Assembly: GCA_965644295.1 (NCBI GenBank)
Contig: CBFFRP010000318.1
Span: 1-64,000, forward strand
From: Paraphysomonas bandaiensis
Lineage: Eukaryota > Protista > Chrysophyceae
DNA length: 64,000 nucleotides
Direction: 5' to 3'
Position numbers and translations under genes: made by a program. The notes below the pieces were generated by a model, which was not told where the DNA came from, ran no database searches, and saw only the letters and a list, made by a program, of their open reading frames with translations. Below, one piece after another: positions 11,795-22,608 of the stretch (position 1 is the first letter of the stretch; each line of letters starts with the position of its first letter).

Positions 11795-13447
11795 ATGGAT
11801 CTCATAGATCGTTATGAACAGAAATTAGGTAATGGTGAAACCTTGAATGAACAACAATGGGAACAGTACAAAATTTTGAAAGAAGAGAGGAGAGAGAGAG
11901 AGAGAGCGAGAGAGAGGAGAGCGATCCTAGAGATTCAAGTAGAGCTTGAGAGAGTTAAGCTGGATGTTGAAAAAAAGAATTTAGGAGGTGAGTGCCATTG
12001 CAAAATGGAAAATGTCAATAACATATATGTAGCTGAAGTTGCCCGCTTACGGCACCAACTTGATTCTACAACCACTCTTAGTGTTAACTTGCTTGGAGAT
12101 CCTACAACAGCACTAGCAGACTACTTCGATAATGCTAGTGTTATGAGTGTGTCTGAGTTAATTCCTGATCCAGATCAGGAACTTAATTGGAATGGCGAGT
12201 GGGAATCGTATTGTGTCCCCAAATCATCCATAATGGAGAAAGATAAAACGATCGGCAATGCTTTGATTAAAGGTATACAATCGATATGGAACGAGCATTT
12301 TATTAAGCACAAAATTGGACATTGGACTTTTACAGACACTCACAATGGATGGCAGAAATTCACAGTAGACTGTGTTATGCATCTGAAGGACACTCCCTTA
12401 TGTGAAATGGGAATTGGGCTTGTGATTGAACTGGTTGGGCAAAACGAAGAGGGGTGGCCAAGCAAAGCTCACAAATCTAAATTCGTTCGGGACCTGATTC
12501 GCCTGCACAATAGGGTGCGTCGACCTGTGTACGGCGTTGTTTTAGATCTTGGCCGTGCAGTCTGTTTTCGCCTCAGTGGTATGGAGGAAGGTGGAATTCC
12601 AAACTTATCAAAGACACCGGTGCAAAGCGGCGGAGATGTCCGCACCTTAATGACGCGCATTGTATCTTTACAGCCACGTGACCTGGGGGTGGGAAGCGTT
12701 GAATTCAATTTTAGCGATGATGGCAGGCTCGTGTATCCAAAGCGCATCCTTGGCAGTGGGGCGCAAGGAGTCGTGTATCAGGCAGATGGGGAGGACGGAG
12801 ACATTTTTATCAAACAAGTGCATACTCGGGAGCATTATGACACTGAAACTTCCGTGCTGAAATGTCTGAGTCAAATTAAAGGAGTGCCCCAATTGCTTAG
12901 ACGTGACGACGAAAAGCTTGCATTCGCAGCCATACCTGTTGGGCGCCGCATAACTCTCTTCCGACAAAATCTCCAAATTCCAAAGTTTGCAGCATTTTTG
13001 ACAGAAACCTTAAAATGTGCGCATGAAAAGGGGGTTGTGCATCGCGATGTCCGCCCGTCCAATTTGGCTGTTGCCAAGGACAATCACCCCGTCCTCCTGG
13101 ACTTTGGATGCGCGTGTCGTACTGGAGAAGAGATTGCTTATTCTGGTTCTGTACATTATGCTGCAGAAGACGTGTTGATACAATTGCGAAACCGTATACA
13201 TGTTGTGGAATATCATCCCTGGTTTGACTTAGAATCGCTGGTGTACTCGATGTGGGACCTGAAGCATGAACTATTGTTGGATGTGGCTCTATTTGATAAG
13301 AATGATGCTGTCTATGACCGTGTGTGTGATTGGTGGATTTCCGAAAGGAAAGAAAACGAAAAGTTGCGCCAGCTTGTTAGTATGGCACGAGCATCTGATT
13401 ATGACAGATTAGCGGATCGTGGTACATGGATGATGCTTTTGGCCTAA
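11795..13447 (+). CDS. Crinkler-like REase/kinase, copy 2
   Basis: Protein identical to copy 1; the only difference noticed is synonymous (GGG vs GGA in GDI). Confidence 0.8.
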   Translation: MDLIDRYEQKLGNGETLNEQQWEQYKILKEERRERERARERRAILEIQVELERVKLDVEKKNLGGECHCKMENVNNIYVAEVARLRHQLDSTTTLSVNLLGDPTTALADYFDNASVMSVSELIPDPDQELNWNGEWESYCVPKSSIMEKDKTIGNALIKGIQSIWNEHFIKHKIGHWTFTDTHNGWQKFTVDCVMHLKDTPLCEMGIGLVIELVGQNEEGWPSKAHKSKFVRDLIRLHNRVRRPVYGVVLDLGRAVCFRLSGMEEGGIPNLSKTPVQSGGDVRTLMTRIVSLQPRDLGVGSVEFNFSDDGRLVYPKRILGSGAQGVVYQADGEDGDIFIKQVHTREHYDTETSVLKCLSQIKGVPQLLRRDDEKLAFAAIPVGRRITLFRQNLQIPKFAAFLTETLKCAHEKGVVHRDVRPSNLAVAKDNHPVLLDFGCACRTGEEIAYSGSVHYAAEDVLIQLRNRIHVVEYHPWFDLESLVYSMWDLKHELLLDVALFDKNDAVYDRVCDWWISERKENEKLRQLVSMARASDYDRLADRGTWMMLLA

Positions 13448-14762
13448 GAACCCACCCCCTTTTGTGTGCATTATAATATTCTCCCTTGTTTAATTTATAT
13501 ATTGATTGCACCCCCGACACTTATTAGTTACCCAGCCCACCATTGCACTTGTTGAATGCTGTGCGTAACTAGGTAGTAATAAGTACATGATTCGAAAACG
13601 CCAAAATTTATTGCGGTCGCTACAGCAGGCAGTCTAGCTAGTGTAATAAACAGCTATCTGGCTATTTTATCCTATTATCCCTCTATTGTATATGCTTAGG
13701 CTTGTATATATTATATGTTAGAAATAGGTACATTGCTATTATTATTGCAATCCATATGAGGTTCTATTGATACTATGACAAGGGTAATTTATGCTTATTA
13801 TTGATATATATGTATCTATTCAACAGAGAAAAGACAAACAAAAGACATAGTGATTGATAGTGAAGCATAATGATGAAGATATCAACGTATGATAACTATA
13901 TGATATTATGAGATGAAGGCTGGAGAAGTTTACTGGAGAATTCCGGGTTTGATATCCACGCTGATAGACGTGTATTGCCAGATTATCCAGTAATACAGTT
14001 GTACTTTACGTATTCCAGTGTGTTTATTGAACTGTACTTGGTAGTACGTATACTCTGTTTGAACTACAATGAGAATACTGAATGTATCTTCCCTTTTACG
14101 TTGATGATGAATGATCAGCGTAGAGAAATACGTACTTGGATCGAAAATACAACACTGATACTACAGATCAATCAAACACTCACAGATTCAGTTCGCCCGT
14201 TGTCCTCCGTTCAAACTACACTACAGGTAGGCAAAAGACAAGTCTCTTTGCAGATACACTACAGAAATCGTTAGTGGTGTCTTCCTACAACACAATAATA
14301 CTACAGCTGATCATGTTCTATGGTGTGATGGAGGAGTGTAAAGTATGAAAACACCGTAGACGAGGTTTGTGATGGAGCTCTGGTACCCTTAATAGTCCAC
14401 AGAGCGTGTTCGGTGCAAGTAGGTGCCTCCAGGGTGGTTTCGGGTGTTGTGGGATAGGCCAGTGAGCGAGGAGCAGAGTTTCCAGCTGTTGCAATGAGCT
14501 GATGGGGACGGAATTGGGTGTTGAGTAAACCCGCAGAATGGGGACCCTGTCGGATATGCAGACTGCGAGGATGGCAATGGGGGAGGCCATTCTGTGGGTC
14601 AGAGCGACACTGCCAGGGCTGCATCCCTGCACTGGAGTGTGTGTAGGCTCGATTTGTAATGTGTTATTGGGTGTTTGTTGGGCGTCCATCCAAAGACCTG
14701 AATATGTAGGTGTTTGGTAGTTGTGGTGCATGGGACAATTTGTAGTTATAGTGTGGTCACCG

Positions 14763-14961
14763 TGAGGTGGATGTGGTCATGTGGACCGAGGTAGAGCGTG
14801 TAATAAGAAGTTTTCTTAAATGGTGCCTGTAGCTTCCTAGAGCTAGGAAAAAGTTTTCTGACATACTGCTCCTGACTGAGAGTCGTGATATTCTTGTCAA
14901 AATCTTGATGGATGGAAATGCCCAAGTAATAATCTAAGAGTCCGAGATCCGTAATTTCGAA
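14763..14961 (-). mobile_element. Copia RT fragment, duplicated and further truncated
   Basis: KFEITDLGLLDYYLGISI, identical to the copy near 8800. Confidence 0.85.
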
Positions 14962-15867
14962 CTTGAGCATGAGTACTGTTATTTGCTACGGTAAGAATAA
15001 GCAATACATAGGTACTGAAAAGCAACTTAAATTGGTTCGCTTTGCTAGTAGCTAGTAATAATACGCTTATCATTAACCAATATTTCTTATGAAACTATTC
15101 TAACTTTTACGGATAATCCTTTATTAACTTTACTGCTACAGCTTTTCAATATATTTACAATCATCAGTGTGAACTTTGTGATTTGTGAACTACATACATG
15201 ATTATATTAACTGGTATTCAACAAAGTTGTGACTTGAGTACAAAGCACAACTCTTCGTTAATATACTATTTACTCCACTATTATTATATCCTGTAGGAAT
15301 GATATGCAGCTAATAATAGTCCTCATTCTTTATCTTGTTTACTACTACTCGATTCATGCACAGAAAGCCTCTTTTACTCCGTTCATGAATAGAACGAAAC
15401 ATACTATTGAATCACCCAGACTACTTTACTCAGTTTGTTCAACCTATTGTTTACCAGGAAGTTCTACTGTACAAATCGGTAAAAAGAATGTTACTGTGAC
15501 ACCAAGGTCTCTGCATCAGTCTCGTCTAATCCAAAAGCCAAGCCTATGTCTCGGATTTGATCCTCACTAGCATTGGCAATGGAAGGGTCTAACCCTCCAA
15601 GCATAAGCCTGAGGGTCCTTCTCACTGACTCGAATTTGGTAGACTCTTGTGCGCTATCAAGAGTCTCCTCTTCCATAATAATAATAACTATACAATCAAA
15701 TCACAATGAACAAATATATGTCTACAACTACAATGCTATCTACCAGCAATTTCAAGAGTAAGGAAATTGCATCTTATTATAGATAATTAATATGTATACT
15801 ACCTACGATTCCGTGATCAATGGAATGAACATCATTCATATTCAATACCAAACACATCAGTCTAATA

Positions 15868-16044
15868 CTGGGGGTGGTTGTGCATATCGATTTCATCGAT
15901 TTGTTCATCGTTTATTTCATCGAAAAATCATCGTTTTTTCATTTAAAAGTTACTTTTTTTCACTTTTCACTGAAAAAACGATGATTTTTCGATGAAATAA
16001 ACGATGAACAAATCGATGAAATCGATATGCACAACCACCCCCTG
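15868..16044. mobile_element. Foldback MITE, copy 3 (more perfect palindrome, flanked by TA on both sides)
   Basis: TA|CTGGGGGTGG...CCACCCCCTG|TA; the right arm retains the ATCGATGAA unit missing in copies 1 and 2. Confidence 0.85.
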
Positions 16045-17010
16045 TATAAGGGAAGATACATTCAGTATTCTCATTGTAGTTGAAGCCTGGTATTCGTACC
16101 CATGGTATATGCCAGGAAGACAAAATTATAGTGGAGACAAAAAAGACAAAACGACAAAAGACATTTTTTTTCATCAAAATTGTTTTTGTCGGGTGCAAAT
16201 GGAGCTGAAATTATAGTGCACACAGAAAGACAAAAGACAAAACAGCGATTTTTTTTAGAATTTTAAATTCTGCTCATTCTCTGCTGCTAGATCTCACTTA
16301 ATATACTGCGAAGCAAAGCATTAAGCATCGACACAAGCCACAAGTGACTGTGTAAAGTTGATAGCATGATATTTCATGTGTGGGTGCATTGTCCCGAAAG
16401 TTGTCTGTGCAGGACATCCTTGATCAAACAGCTCATGAAGCAATCTCCAGCGTCCAGTTAGGATCATATCTTTGCAAGAAGAAATGTCTACGAACGGATT
16501 GGCTACGATAACACACCATGGGGACTCCTGCTGAGGAATATGTAAGTGGATAGTCCTAAAGTACAATCAATCCCCAATAAGCACTGAAGGAAATACGTAT
16601 TGTATAACTGTATTACTGGTCTATCAGCGTGGATATCAAACCCGGAATTCTCCAGTAAACTTCTCCAGCCTTAAAGTCAATATATATATATATAATAAGA
16701 ACATATATATATATATCATCCATCATCACTATCATCATTATGTCTCATTATCGATAATCATGTCTTTCTTTGTCTTTGAATGATTATGTAAATATCAATG
16801 ATAAGCATGAATTGTCATAGTCATAATATATCGTATATGTATATATCTTCGTGTGAGTTATGGCAATAATAATAATAATAATAATATTCAATCTATGTTG
16901 CACAGATAGTATGTACAAACTTAAGCATATACAATAAAGAGCTTGTGGAATAGAATAACCTGATAGATTGGTTATTACATTACAAGTTAAAACGGCTTCA
17001 TATTGACCGC
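16045..17010 (-). repeat. Inverted, diverged copy of the repeat at about 7560-8050, interrupted by unrelated sequence at about 16090-16590
   Basis: 16621-16672 is the reverse complement of 7868-7919; 16045-16083 matches about 8012-8048; 16895-16985 matches about 7590-7680. Confidence 0.75.
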
Positions 17011-17964
17011 ACGAAACGATATAGTTATATTTAACCACGGGCAATAAGGAGGCTATATCGTCCCGCGCTCAAAATTTTGAAACGAGGGCGAAAAGCCCGA
17101 GTTTAAAAATTTTGACAAGGGACGATACTCCTTTTCCCTAGGTTAAATTGTAGCTTATCCACATGACGTTGAAAAGTTAATATTACATTGTATAGCTATT
17201 GGTAGCATGCTTGCTGTATAAAGAAATAGATGTTCCCTGATTAACATTAAGAACACAAATGAGAACTCATATAGTTTCAAATCAATGATATGTATACTGT
17301 AAGTGTGATGATGAATGTGAACAGTTGAAGGTGAAAGAGAGGCTTCTTATTCCCTTAATTAGCATCATCATCACATTTATATACAGCAGGCTTTACCTTT
17401 TCAAGTGCATCTGATCGAATGATGTGTGTGTGATGTATGATATGAGGCACACAATATCATGAGAAGCACGATATGGCTCAAACCCTGAAAGAACTGGGTG
17501 CCACTGCTCCTAACCACCTATATAGCATCAGATATGAGCGCCCTGTTGAGCCTAAATCAGGTCAAAAAAAAGCATTTTTTGAGACAAAATGGGGATAGCT
17601 CGATATTTGCCCCATATCGACAGCGTAACTAATTACTGCGTGCGGCCCTCTAGTGGGTGCGGCTGAGTGCTGCGATTGCTCGCATCTACCTATGTACACA
17701 TTGCTTAGTTCAGCAGTTACCCACTCTGGGTTCTCACTGCATATTCAGCGCTGAATACCGTGTGATAATGATGTAGCTAGTTGGGTTCAGTAGGTAGCTA
17801 GCAAATAATGTATGGGACTTAAATCAAGTATTAGATAGGTACCCACCCGACCCCCACCCGGCTCTACCTAAGTACGCGCTCAGAATGGGGCAATATTGAA
17901 CTGGATAATTACATTATCTTTAGAGTGAGAGAGCAATAGGGCCAACCAACTAAAGTTACTGGAT

Positions 17965-18541
17965 CTAAGCCTGAGCCTTCTTGGCCTTGTGCTTGGCAAT
18001 TCTGCGTCCAACACCCCACACCTTCTTGCCTCTGTTCTTCTTCTCCTTGATCTGCTTTCTGGAACCCTCTCTGCCCTTGACGAGGCCAGCCTACACAAAA
18101 GAATTAAAAAGCGAGCAATAATTGAGGATATCGACGCACTCTGGCAAGTCTGTACTTAGGCTCGAACTTCATGGCATCCTCAACAGCGTCGTATATGAGG
18201 GCAAATCCAGTCGACTTCCCTCCACCATAAGCAGAGCGGAATCCAAAGACAAAGATAGTGTTCTTGTCCTTGATCTTGTACATCTAATGCACACAACAAC
18301 ATGAGTGGTCGAAAGACATGCATGTCTCCATATCAGTCACCTCAGCAAGCTTCTCCTGAAGCTCAGTCTTGGCCATGTTAGGACGACCAGGATGAATGAT
18401 GTCCACAATCTACATACACCGATCGGTAAGCTTAACCACTCCTATATATAGAAGATAACTTACAAATTGGCGACGGCTCAACAGAGCGTTGCGAATGAAT
18501 TTTCTAGTCCTGATCTGAACGGGTAACTTGTCACCTGCCAT
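17965..18541 (-). CDS. RPS24: 40S ribosomal protein S24 (eS24), 4 coding exons, 138 aa
   Basis: Exons 18541-18464, 18409-18341, 18283-18140 and 18090-17965 splice in frame to [37 protein letters not shown]...[20 protein letters not shown]...[11 protein letters not shown]...[17 protein letters not shown]. Not called in the ORF track. Confidence 0.97.
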
Positions 18542-18783
18542 TGCTCTGTACCAAGAAATTAATAAATTAGAATAAGATGTAATCAGTTTTGTGAATGGAG
18601 CTACCTGCTCTCTCTGTCAGTAATAATACTTAGCCCAATAGTTAATCGATGGGGTTCAGTTCATATGAATCGTAGGTGTATTATACCTCTATAATCAGAC
18701 CTTCATCCACACAAGAAACCCATATCTTACACAGACAGGTTGGAGAGAAGAAATAGAAAACTGAAAACTGAAAACTGTGTGTG

Positions 18784-18857
18784 GTATGTATGTATGTATG
18801 TAGGTATGTATGTAGGTAGGTATGTATGTATGTATGTATGTATGTATGTATGTATGT
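18784..18857. repeat. (TATG)n microsatellite
   Basis: Direct inspection. Confidence 0.9.
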
Positions 18858-18937
18858 ACAGGTGCGTAGGTACAGCTGCATATGTACAGCAGTGCATGCA
18901 TATATCACACTAGTCGACAGGATCATATGCATATATC

Positions 18938-19142
18938 ATGGCAGGCACAGCGTTCCATAACCAGTAAGGGATAGATCCTGATACTTGGCACACTAGTATA
19001 GTTCATGATAACAGATGTATCAGGCAAGTGAAGGCTTCAAACATTATGAATGCAAGAAGTTAGAGTCCGCTGCGCTCCAGGAATATGAAGACCACACAGT
19101 GGGCGCCAATAGCCTCACAACGAGATGAATAGACCCTCAGGT
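18938..19142 (-). ncRNA. Candidate structured non-coding RNA, block 2 (unidentified)
   Basis: Minus-strand stems TGAGGG/CCCTTA, GTGAGGCT/AGCCTTCAC and CCTGATAC/GTATCAGG; a complex-sequence island within low-complexity DNA. Confidence 0.35.
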
Positions 19143-19598
19143 GATACAATGTGTACATATACCATACATACATCATATCCATGTCATGTATACATGCAGA
19201 TCCTGCATATGACAAGACTTGGCTCATACAAACATGTGTGCAATATGCGGTAGCATGCATGGTAATACGAGTGTAATGATGGATATAGATGATGATGTAC
19301 ATGCATATATAGGAGGTATAGTGTGTGAGTGTACATATATAGATATCTAATTCTTTCTATCTGCAGCTAGAGAAGAATCAATACCAACGCAGCATACATT
19401 GTTAAATGTGTGTAGTGTAGTGTGTATGCTATAATGATGAGTGTGAGTGCATACAATGTAAGTGGTACATGCATATAGCAGTGATGTGATGTAGGTGACG
19501 TGATGAGCATGATAATAGTGTAATATAGTTAATATGAAGTAGTGATGATGTGCGAAATACATGTACAAGCATGTAAGTAATGATGATACATACATATA

Positions 19599-20074
19599 GC
19601 AAATGGCAGGGGTCTCACTCGTCCTAGTGTAGCCCACATAAGCATAACTCGCTCCGAAAAGTAGCTAGCACTCACATGATAGTACCCGAAAGTAGACAGC
19701 AAGATCTCAATTACAGGAGTAATAATTTAAGGCCACAGCGTTACACCTGCAACAAACAAGCTAGTCTGGGGTATTTGCAACATTAACATTGTTCAACGCA
19801 CAAAAAGCCCAGAAAGTGCCAAAGCTCTATCTACCAAATAAATATTGCTTATCATCTACTCGATATGTCGGTTCCGGCACTGATAAGCTGACTCGGCTGG
19901 TGACAAGGTAGCATATCCACATAATTTCTACGGACGGCAGCGGTGCACTTAAATCTAATCAAATTGGTTTATATAGCCTATCAATGCCCTCCATCCATAG
20001 CTATAGTATACTATTTGGCACGTTTCAAAGGTCTGGATAATATATGACCTGATGTGCACTGTACGGACCCCTCC
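19599..20074 (-). ncRNA. Candidate structured non-coding RNA, block 1 (about 470 nt, unidentified)
   Basis: Closing stem AGGGGTC/GACCCCT and many internal stems containing G-U pairs on the minus strand; UUCG-type loop; no ORF. Confidence 0.45.
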
Positions 20075-20784
20075 TCTCTCTGGACAGATACTGGCACTGA
20101 ATCCAAGCCACAGAGATTGTGTGTCACCCCCTCACACCCTCTCACCTCTTCAATCACTTTGTCTGCAAAAGTAAGTCGAATATAGAGTCTTAGTTGTGGT
20201 TAATGAATCCCATTGCTCTGCATATATATCGATCTATAGTCCTCCTGAGGACACCGGGCTCCTCTGTCTTATCACTCGACACACAGGGTAAGGTGTTAAA
20301 AATGAGTGTATATAATGTTGACATACTCCACTTTAAAGATAGTGTGTATGTCTCTGATTGTATTGGTGTATGTTGTGGTTAGTTGTGGTGTTGGAATTAA
20401 TGTCATGTATGTATACATATATCAGTTCAAGGGGGGTTGGGAAAATGGATGATAAAATGGTAGGGGCTATTTTTGAGGGGGCCTATTTCTTTGCGTTATA
20501 GGTAGGTATACCATGGGGGTAAGAGATGTGATAGTTTAAGAGGTAAGCATTCGTCCTAGTCTTCGCATAGTGTCGTTTATACCGGGTCCTATACATTCAT
20601 ATGAGTGAATCCGTCATATATATGCTGTGACTGTCAACACACACATACGAGAGAAGCTTGAGGTTTAGTTCTTCGTGGAACGAGTTCTTTACTTTTGTGT
20701 TGCTATGAATAATAATAGGAGTGATTATTTGTTGTCTGATTAATGTGTTAATAGTTAGTCGAGATCGCGCTTCCAAGCAAAACC

Positions 20785-20940
20785 TTGTAGTCTTGTAGTA
20801 TCACTTGTAGTAACGCACTATAGCCACGTAAGCAGGGTACGCGAGATGCCACGTGGTAACAAATTCAGTGTGTGATATATTTCATTGAACAATATATATA
20901 TTATGTTATCGTCTATTAATACTCCCCCTCAATGAAATAA
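20785..20940 (-). mobile_element. Relic LTR plus polypurine tract of another Copia-like element
   Basis: ACTCCCCCTCAA (PPT TTGAGGGGGAGT) at 20921-20932, the same PPT as the intact element at 38626. Confidence 0.5.
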
Positions 20941-21399
20941 TTATAAACTGTAATTTTTAGCAGGATATATATTATATTATACACTATGACTAAAAACCAG
21001 AGTTGCAGTCACTAGTTAACAAGCGAACTGCAGATAGGATGCTGTACTGTGAGACCATCTTCATGTGGCAATGGCAATGTATAGGGCAAAGAAAAGGTAA
21101 AAACTCCGTGTAACTCAAACTAGTTGCGTAGGTCGTTTGTGGCTTGATACTCTTTTGATTAGGATGTCTATATATTGTTACTGGATGGGATCATTGTCGA
21201 ACTCATCTCCCTCAATCAATGTAATTCGCAATTTGAAAAAGATAGAATCTCCTACTAGTAATTTCTTGCGAAGATCGGTTAAAATTATTGACAAGGATGA
21301 TATTATTATGTGATAGAGGTATATTTGGCAATGTATTCTCGAATAAAATGATAATATCGCGATAATTTTGGACGGCGGCGATGAGTAGGATTCCTCAGC

Positions 21400-21965
21400 A
21401 AAGTCGGACTTGCACCTTTTCGTGGTGTTCTGGGGGATAAGCACCGGAAATATTTCTCCGGGAAGCTAACGTGAGCAGAATATCTATAATATTATATAGT
21501 CAGCAGATATTGGTCTACCAAGCACTCTCATAGCCAAATGCTTGTGTCGTACAACGGACACTAAAATAAGTGTAACTTGTGTAGACGTCATTGAGCCCTA
21601 ATATTCCACTATTTCACCGCAAGCATCAAGGTGTAACCACTTTCGCCCTATCACTCAAAGCACACGCAGTTAGCAAGCAGAATGTTGATATACCTGACAT
21701 TTACTGATTTCAGGATTCTTGATTACAAGATGAATAGGCCGGATGCTTGACTTCAACAGGCAGCCCAATACCCCGGATTTCCTAGAGGTGGGTCCTTTCC
21801 CAGATGCCTGTTTATTCAAGGCCCAGCGGCGTCTACACAAGAGACACAAGCATTTGGCTATGAGAGTGGGTAGAACAATATTTGCTGACTATATATACCG
21901 CTCACGATAGTTTCCTGGAGCTTATCCCCCGAACACCATGAACAGGTGTATATCCGACTTTTTGA
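21400..21965. repeat. Dispersed composite repeat modules; the terminal module occurs in both orientations
   Basis: 21400-21445 is an inverted match to 21915-21960; 21615-21965 matches 1085-1420. Confidence 0.7.
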
Positions 21966-22608
21966 CACCAAATGGAGACAACAATATATAATTTGACCGG
22001 TCTGATAATAATTGCAATATTATTCATTGAAGGCTACCTGACAATGCTTTTGTAATATATATTGTTTCCATTCTCTGATCTACTTGAAGATGTTTTATAA
22101 AATACTGTCTAAAATCTTAAACAAATGTAGTGTTCATGTATCACCAACAGCATTGCGCATCTACATGTAACACTGTCCATGCATGAAAACGAAAGACTGA
22201 TCCAAGATTATAAAATTATCAACAATGTATTGGAAAGTAACACTGGATTAAAACTAAGTAGAACGAATAAGATGATATGAAATAATTGCGCAATCGGACA
22301 TATGTATTATTGGTGCATTATTATTACTATTAATAAACGGAAAAATGGTATCCCATGGCATTAGCGGCAGCCATCATGCACATGGTGAAGCATATATCAG
22401 CCAATACGCTTAGAGGTGAGGCTAATACCTCACACGGATGTATCCAATATATAGGAGCCCCATGCACACGCACACACTTGTTCATCATGAAGCATCCAAA
22501 AATATCATATACTCTAGCATTAAATACACACTACATATAGCTCCAAAAATATAGGTGAAGTTATTCGAAATAGAATCAGGGAGACTGACTGACCGTGCCA
22601 TAAAAACA

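Larger units (their letters stand above)
4409..16044 (+). repeat. Tandem segmental duplication: copy 1 about 4409-8900, copy 2 about 10371-14961, partial copy 3 about 15135-16044
   Basis: Near-identical sequence and identical ORFs at offset 6048 (for example 5732 vs 11780). 4950..5216 is repeated at 10998 and 15304. Confidence 0.95.

Noticed and set aside
16090-16590. AAAGACAAAA subterminal-like repeats and an 81 aa ORF
   Set aside because: Possibly a DNA transposon end, but no TIR pair or transposase motif could be identified.
18681-19637. Short minus-strand ORFs rich in Y/I/H/T
   Set aside because: Products of microsatellite and low-complexity sequence.
18938-20074. Cobalamin riboswitch (CCUGCC end), RNase MRP/P, U3 or telomerase identity for the structured blocks
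   Set aside because: Required core motifs (GGGAA/GCCACUG, GAAAGUCCCC, U3 boxes, CCCUAA template) were not found.
20161-20630. Plus-strand GTAAG donors and TAG acceptors suggesting a spliced transcript
   Set aside because: The best splice gives only a 21 aa unrecognisable peptide; it cannot be supported without RNA data.
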